Shown: positions 58,774 through 64,000 of the stretch, piece by piece
How positions within the stretch are numbered: the stretch's first letter is position 1
How the letters are laid out: each line of letters opens with the position of its first letter
Source: a virus
Lineage: Duplodnaviria; Caudoviricetes
Reading direction: 5' to 3' (one strand)
Length of the DNA: 64,000 nt
IMG/VR virus record: IMGVR_UViG_2713896764_000001
Location: 29,669-93,668 of that record
Program-made: the position numbers and the translations under genes
The notes under the pieces: model-generated
Databases searched by the model: none
The model's input: only the letters and a program-made list of their open reading frames with translations
What the model was told of the DNA's origin: nothing

Positions 58774-60888
58774 CTAGGCTACAAGCTCTCTGATTTTGCC
58801 GCAGACAACGGCTGGTAGCTCTGACAGGTCATTTACCACGGCATGTTTGGCGTAGAAGCGCTTAACCGAGTCTGTCTGAATGCCGATGCCAAGTAGCTTG
58901 ATATCGGTTTTCTGCTCAATAAACCGAGTGACAGCTCTCAAGTGCTCGGCCATTCCTCTACCCCTTGCGCATGGCTCGCCGTCCGACAGAACAACCATCA
59001 TCTTCAATGATTCAGGTCGGCTCATCAGGCTTGGGATAAACCGCAGGATGCACTCCCCGTCAGCGTTGTTTGCCAAAGGGAAATTACCGGCCAGAGCGCC
59101 AAACCGTTTCTTCACAAGTTTGGTATTGGCCTTGTCGTCCCAATCCTTCAAGATCGGCAGCAGCAATGGCTCAAGGCGCGAGAAAGACAAAGTTCCGGGC
59201 TTTATTTTCTTGGACATTAGATAGCGCTCGAAGCCGCGGACATCCAAATCAAACAGTGAAGTAAAACCGACAACGCGACATGCGATGCCACATCGGCCAA
59301 GAGCCTCAGCCATGACATAAGCCGACCTAAGAGAAGTCCCTATTCTGTCTCCACTGTGCATTGAGCCGGAGAAGTCCACCGCAATCTGAACAGCAGCTTC
59401 TCGGCTACGGTGCTCTTCTTTGGTGCGGAATACACGAACATCACCGGTTTTGAGCTTAAATAGGCTCGCCCCATGAATACGACCTTTCTTTTGGCCGCCA
59501 AGCCACTGAGACTTGTTTTGGCTGCGAACAACCCTTTCAAGCTGTTTTGCCATGTTCTTTGAGGTATCGCCAAGATGAGCCTCAATGCGACGTTTAAAGG
59601 CTCGCTCGCCGTTCACAAACAGATCGTCGAAGTATTTGCGATAACGCTCAGCACCCTCCTTATTTTCACCGAAATACTCATGGGTCTGGACTTGTGCCGC
59701 CTGTTTCCCAATGTTCTCAACAACATCATAAATATCGAACTGGTCGGTCAATGGGCGGTAGCTACTCATGCTGTCATCAATCGCATCAGAAAGTGCCTCT
59801 TCAAGCGCATCTTCGATAGACAGAGGTTCAACTTTGTCGTCGATTCCCTCTAGCTCATCAAGATCTTTAAGGTCGAAGTCAAAGCCCATATCCGTGTCGG
59901 TATCGGTAGCTGTTGAGTCAGACTTACTTCTGCCCTGATCTTCTTCGTCACTCTCTTCGCTCTTTCCGTCTGATGAGCCGGAAACCTCAATTTCATCATT
60001 CTCTTCGTCTTTGTCGCAGTCTTCACCTTCTTCGTCCGCGCTACCGGCATCCACTTCAATCTCAATGGATTCCTCCGGCTTTTCGTCGTCCTTGGCCTCC
60101 GATGGTTGGTCGTCGCCGGATTCATCCTCGCCCTCATCCTTGCTCTCTGTCTTAGGCAAGTCAGGTGACTTCACTTTGCCCTCTGACTCTTCCGGCTTAT
60201 CCTCTTCTTCGCGCTCTTGCTCCTTTTGGGTTTCGTCGATGATCAGCGACAAAAGGACACGCGCAACCTCAATGCAGTCAGAGGTGCTTTCCGTAAGCGT
60301 CAGCTTTTTAGGGATTCGAGCGTCTTCGATGCGGGTCTTCAAGATATCAATGCGATCCCACTTGTCCCCCATCCAATCGGCAAACTCTGTCTGCCCTGCC
60401 ATCGCACGTAATGCAGGAACGGCAAGGATTCGGTTGAACAGCTCGACGCCCTTCATGCCAGAGTCCACGGCTTTCTTGTAGGCGTTGTCAAAGACTGTCT
60501 CAAGTAGGTGGTGACGAACTTTGCTCAGGTTTGAGCGAGAACCGGTGAATACCTGGCTCATCTTCCGCTCGATAAAGATATCCTCCACCGAGTTCCACAT
60601 TGGCTCCAACGCTGTTGGAATTGAGCATCGCGTTTTGAAGTCAGTAAATAGGATGTGCGCGACCTCGTGATCGACGAAGCCTCGGACTGCCATAATGGCT
60701 AAATCACTAGCGTCGTCAGGCAGAGCAGGAATATTCACGCGAACTGTTTTGCCCTCCATATCGTTCTCGACATAAGCGCGAGTTCCGGACATAGAGACTT
60801 TTACAGAGGTTCGTGACAGCAGCGAAACAACCTTCGCTACTGATTCACGCATTTGGATAATTTCTTTTCTTACGATTGCCATAGCCAA
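58774..60888 (-). CDS. CobT-like vWA protein with N-terminal HExxH motif
   Basis: DHEVAH, acidic linker, DFSGS MIDAS, LSDGEP, GIGI. Confidence 0.9.
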   Translation of the reverse strand: MAMAIVRKEIIQMRESVAKVVSLLSRTSVKVSMSGTRAYVENDMEGKTVRVNIPALPDDASDLAIMAVRGFVDHEVAHILFTDFKTRCSIPTALEPMWNSVEDIFIERKMSQVFTGSRSNLSKVRHHLLETVFDNAYKKAVDSGMKGVELFNRILAVPALRAMAGQTEFADWMGDKWDRIDILKTRIEDARIPKKLTLTESTSDCIEVARVLLSLIIDETQKEQEREEEDKPEESEGKVKSPDLPKTESKDEGEDESGDDQPSEAKDDEKPEESIEIEVDAGSADEEGEDCDKDEENDEIEVSGSSDGKSEESDEEDQGRSKSDSTATDTDTDMGFDFDLKDLDELEGIDDKVEPLSIEDALEEALSDAIDDSMSSYRPLTDQFDIYDVVENIGKQAAQVQTHEYFGENKEGAERYRKYFDDLFVNGERAFKRRIEAHLGDTSKNMAKQLERVVRSQNKSQWLGGQKKGRIHGASLFKLKTGDVRVFRTKEEHRSREAAVQIAVDFSGSMHSGDRIGTSLRSAYVMAEALGRCGIACRVVGFTSLFDLDVRGFERYLMSKKIKPGTLSFSRLEPLLLPILKDWDDKANTKLVKKRFGALAGNFPLANNADGECILRFIPSLMSRPESLKMMVVLSDGEPCARGRGMAEHLRAVTRFIEQKTDIKLLGIGIQTDSVKRFYAKHAVVNDLSELPAVVCGKIRELVA

Positions 60889-60998
60889 ATACTTTTAACG
60901 AGTGTTTATTTATGGAAATGATAAAAAAATGGTGCAGGCAAGGAATACTTGCGCCGCACCAGTCAAAGGTTACATGAGGTCAACTAGCTGCTTTTGGT

Positions 60999-61235
60999 TT
61001 AGTGCAACATGGATACTCGGTCAGCTATAAGCTCTAACGATTCCTCTCGGTCGGCCAGTCGCATATACGGGCTGCCATCTTCTGAGGTAACAATTTCCAA
61101 TACAGTATCATCAAGATCTTCGGAAACAGGGGTCACCGCGCCAGATAGAACAAGCATCAGCTTTCCTCCCTTCTCCATCAACTCAACCGATACTCCACCT
61201 AAATCAAAGTAGCTTGATTTGTTGTTTTCGTTCAT
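60999..61235 (-). CDS. Small acidic hypothetical protein
   Basis: Downstream of promoter TTGACT-N18-TATCAT (61295-61324) and operator 61269-61286. Confidence 0.55.
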   Translation of the reverse strand: MNENNKSSYFDLGGVSVELMEKGGKLMLVLSGAVTPVSEDLDDTVLEIVTSEDGSPYMRLADREESLELIADRVSMLH

Positions 61236-61506
61236 CGCTGATGTTGCCTTTGTCTGAAACAAGGATACTAACTAACTAATTACTTAGACACATCATGATA
61301 TATGCCTAGCAATAATTGAGTCAACAGGAAAAAATCATGAGCAAGGAACATATATTTTGCATTTTTTTTCAAAGCAGCTCCTTGCTTTAAAGTTGCAAAA
61401 CATATGGAGATTATTAAATTAAATACATATTTTTCATATACTTAAAAATAAAACATCTCACATGACGAGATCACAAACCCATGAATACTGAGCTACAGAA
61501 CAAACA

Positions 61507-61522
61507 CTGTATATCCATACAG
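61507..61522. promoter_or_regulatory. LexA (SOS) box CTGTATATCCATACAG
   Basis: Strong CTG-N10-CAG match; abuts TTGACC-N18-CATAAT (61525-61554). Confidence 0.8.
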
Positions 61523-61727
61523 AATTGACCATGTGGTATTATAAGAAACATAATGATAAATAAGCGATGAGTTAGAACTGCACTAACACTACGCTGAAAG
61601 AATTAATTAATAAAATTAGTAAAATGCAGATTATGGAAGTTGGTGAGTTGCGGCGGATGCGTATTGACGCGCTTTATGAAGCGACTCCACCGAACATAAT
61701 GAACTAACTAAAGAACGAGATAACGTT

Positions 61728-62147
61728 ATGATTCCAACAGACAAGCAAAATCCGAATGCGATCGTCGCTCAATTCCTTACTAAAGCGATTGAGGAATGCG
61801 GTAAGAGCCAGATCACCATTGCTAAAGAGGCTGGTTATGCTAACGCAAACAACATCACAATGCTGAAAAGTGGTAGATCTAAGCTGAACAAAGCTCGTGT
61901 CCCTGCTCTTGCTAGAAGTCTGGAGGTTGATGAAACCGATTTAATGATGCTTGTTCTGGAGCAAGATGAGCCTCATCTTGCTGACTGGATTAAAAGAAAA
62001 ACAAACGTTAACTCTATCGGCAGACATGCCGCTAATGCTTTTGAAAACTCACTGATTAGAGCTGGCAAAGTGGATGTCGAACTTACTCAGGAGAAGTTGA
62101 AGGAAATGCAAGATTTCTTTGATGAGTTCGTTAAAGGGCTGGATTAA
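61728..62147 (+). CDS. XRE-like HTH regulator (candidate repressor)
   Basis: KSQITIAKEAGYANANNITMLKSGRSKL; divergent from the replication genes. Confidence 0.8.
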   Translation: MIPTDKQNPNAIVAQFLTKAIEECGKSQITIAKEAGYANANNITMLKSGRSKLNKARVPALARSLEVDETDLMMLVLEQDEPHLADWIKRKTNVNSIGRHAANAFENSLIRAGKVDVELTQEKLKEMQDFFDEFVKGLD

Positions 62148-62241
62148 TTTTCCCGAATAGTTTCACTTTGTTATCAGTTAACGATCGACAACTAATTAGA
62201 GCTTCATCAACTCTCTACCTCTACAAGCCCTTCCATACAAG

Positions 62242-62267
62242 AAAGCACCGTTTAAACGGTGCTTTTT
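62242..62267. terminator. Palindrome / bidirectional terminator between convergent genes
   Basis: AAAGCACCGTTTAAACGGTGCTTT. Confidence 0.7.
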
Positions 62268-62338
62268 AGTATCTAGCGCTGCAAAACTAGGTCTTTGCCC
62301 CTACTAGCCAACCATACATTTCGGTAATTTTGGTGCCT

Positions 62339-64000
62339 TCATCTTACGTGCCGATACTCTTTCCAATCCTGTAGCAAATTGTCCCTGAATCTCTCCCAAT
62401 TAAGAAATGACACATCGACCGGAGACTCATATAAGTTGACGATCTTTTGCAGCTCCGCAACGCTCAGCGCCCTGTGACCATACTTGGTCGTTGTCAGAGC
62501 TACCTCGCCGCTGGTTCTCCCATCATGGCCGACTATCTGTGCTATTTTCCATTCAGGTATGTTCTTCGACCGAATAACATCAATAAACAAGTGCCGGAAT
62601 GAATGGCAGGTGTATTGTCTCCCGTAAGGTATGTCTGCCTCTTTTCTAATGGCTCTGGACACATCCAGGTTCTTTCCTGCATTCGAGAAGATGAACTTAT
62701 CAACCACAGGAGTCATCAGCAGAGGGTCGTAAATCTCCGGCACCCCCTTCAGATTCTTCCGCCACTCTACATAATCCAGCAAACCCAATTCGAGCAACAT
62801 ATTATGCACGGGAATAATCCTGCGCCCATTTACGGACTTCACGCGCTGGTAGAACTTGGCATCGTTAACCACTAAGCACCAGATGCTCCCGACACACACC
62901 ACGTCATCTATTGATAGCTGGGCGACTTCGCGACTGCGCATACCGGTGAACTGGCAAATCGGATAAAGCCAAAAGTGCAACGGGTAATAGCCGTAACGAG
63001 CAATATGCCCTCTTCGTCTTTTGCTACGGAAAAAGTGAGTCCGGTAAATGGCGTCCAACATTTCTGAATCAAACGGCTTTACCTTCTTGCTTTGAGACAA
63101 GAACGTAGAGGCGGTGTCGATCTCGCTTTCGGGTATAGTAAAAGCGCCCTTGCTTTTATGAACCCCGTTCCTTGATTTGCTTTTCTCCGAACAGGCTTTT
63201 CGCAAATCAACCGACATATGACCTTCATCATATCCCCAGCCGAGTGCTCTCCGGAGGAAACTCAAGACATAGCTGTAGGTTGTTTCGTTAATGGCGGTAT
63301 ACCGGCCAGCCTCGGTGGCAACAATTATCTCGAATGGAATATCCCCGTGATACGCTTCTTTTCTCGCTGGATAGACTTTCAGCTTCCCCATAATGGTTCG
63401 GATAGTCTTTTTGCAAAGGTGCTCTAAGGGCGTGTTCTCATCGAGGACATCCAGTAATTTATTCACGTGTCCGTAATTCTGCTTTACTGTTACGTGAGCA
63501 ATTTCTCCCGAGTCCCTTTCACTGGCAAAGTAACCTCTTATCAAATCACCAAAAGTGCTGATTGCGGTCTTTACCTCTATATCTCGAATGCTAACGACCT
63601 CTTCGGCCTCTTCGGATATCGCTTGTTTAAGAGCGGTAACGGCTTTTTGCTTAAAGACAGCTCTGAACTCTGAGTCTTTAAGCTCTTCAAGATCGTGAAT
63701 GCCGGTTTTGCAGTAGACAACGGCAAAGTCAAAGATAGAAGTGAAGCTCTCTGAGTCGGCATCCAGACTACTCAACTTTTCGGTTACTTCACGAACCCGT
63801 CTAAAGATTCGGGTGGCCTCGATTGCGATAGCGGTAGCCTTCTCGCTTGTTCCGGCCAAGGTGAAAGATACTTCCTTTTTCTTGGATTCACCTATCCGGC
63901 CGCATACCTCATCTCCAAGAAGACGGTAGTAACTAGAGCGAATTGTAAACCTGCCATTTCCTCTAGGGGTGATGCTGAATAACAGCTCTTTGTTTTTCAT
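62339..64000 (-). CDS. Tyrosine recombinase / integrase
   Basis: TGMRSRE, K, HSFRH, GH, TKY catalytic set. Confidence 0.92.
   Translation of the reverse strand: MKNKELLFSITPRGNGRFTIRSSYYRLLGDEVCGRIGESKKKEVSFTLAGTSEKATAIAIEATRIFRRVREVTEKLSSLDADSESFTSIFDFAVVYCKTGIHDLEELKDSEFRAVFKQKAVTALKQAISEEAEEVVSIRDIEVKTAISTFGDLIRGYFASERDSGEIAHVTVKQNYGHVNKLLDVLDENTPLEHLCKKTIRTIMGKLKVYPARKEAYHGDIPFEIIVATEAGRYTAINETTYSYVLSFLRRALGWGYDEGHMSVDLRKACSEKSKSRNGVHKSKGAFTIPESEIDTASTFLSQSKKVKPFDSEMLDAIYRTHFFRSKRRRGHIARYGYYPLHFWLYPICQFTGMRSREVAQLSIDDVVCVGSIWCLVVNDAKFYQRVKSVNGRRIIPVHNMLLELGLLDYVEWRKNLKGVPEIYDPLLMTPVVDKFIFSNAGKNLDVSRAIRKEADIPYGRQYTCHSFRHLFIDVIRSKNIPEWKIAQIVGHDGRTSGEVALTTTKYGHRALSVAELQKIVNLYESPVDVSFLNWERFRDNLLQDWKEYRHVR

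Noticed and set aside
57404-60888. Cobalamin biosynthesis
   Set aside because: No cobN or other cob genes
62148-62338. att or dif site next to the recombinase
   Set aside because: No tRNA-like or dif-like core recognised; the upstream side lies outside the window
746-63929. Many short ORFs antisense to or nested in the called genes
   Set aside because: Shadow frames of real genes with no motifs

Overview
A 64-kb segment of a large temperate siphophage/phage-plasmid with SSU5/pHCM2-like gene content. The host is probably Vibrionaceae, inferred from the CspA and H-NS sequences. Almost all genes are on the minus strand. (1) 1-10.2 kb: morphogenesis operon (tape measure, tail chaperones with a GGGAAAG -1 frameshift, tail tube, neck, capsid, scaffold, portal, TerL, TerS). 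(2) 10.4-16 kb: ParB-ParB-ABC ATPase-Gp49-GNAT-wHTH cluster and a divergent SF2 helicase. (3) 16-24 kb: gene-poor region rich in repeats, long-range helices and small orphan genes. (4) 24-41 kb: nucleotide metabolism and recombination (exonuclease, DHFR/kinase, thyA, nrdAB, RuvC, SbcCD). (5) 41.7-47.7 kb: AT-rich cargo (H-NS, Cache histidine kinase with REC-HD-GYP, CspA). (6) 48-61 kb: replication module (RecA, 5'-3' exonuclease, SSB, UvsY-like, DnaE with UDG-like tail, CobS/CobT). (7) 61-64 kb: switch region (SOS box, HTH repressor) and a tyrosine recombinase. The most notable unexplained signals are non-coding: about 20 dispersed copies of an 18-bp palindromic operator, two related palindromic arrays 13.4 kb apart, a candidate ~385-nt structured RNA plus a second structured block, and a GCCT-N12/13-(-10) promoter class. 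All calls come from reading the sequence by eye; no searches or folding programs were run.
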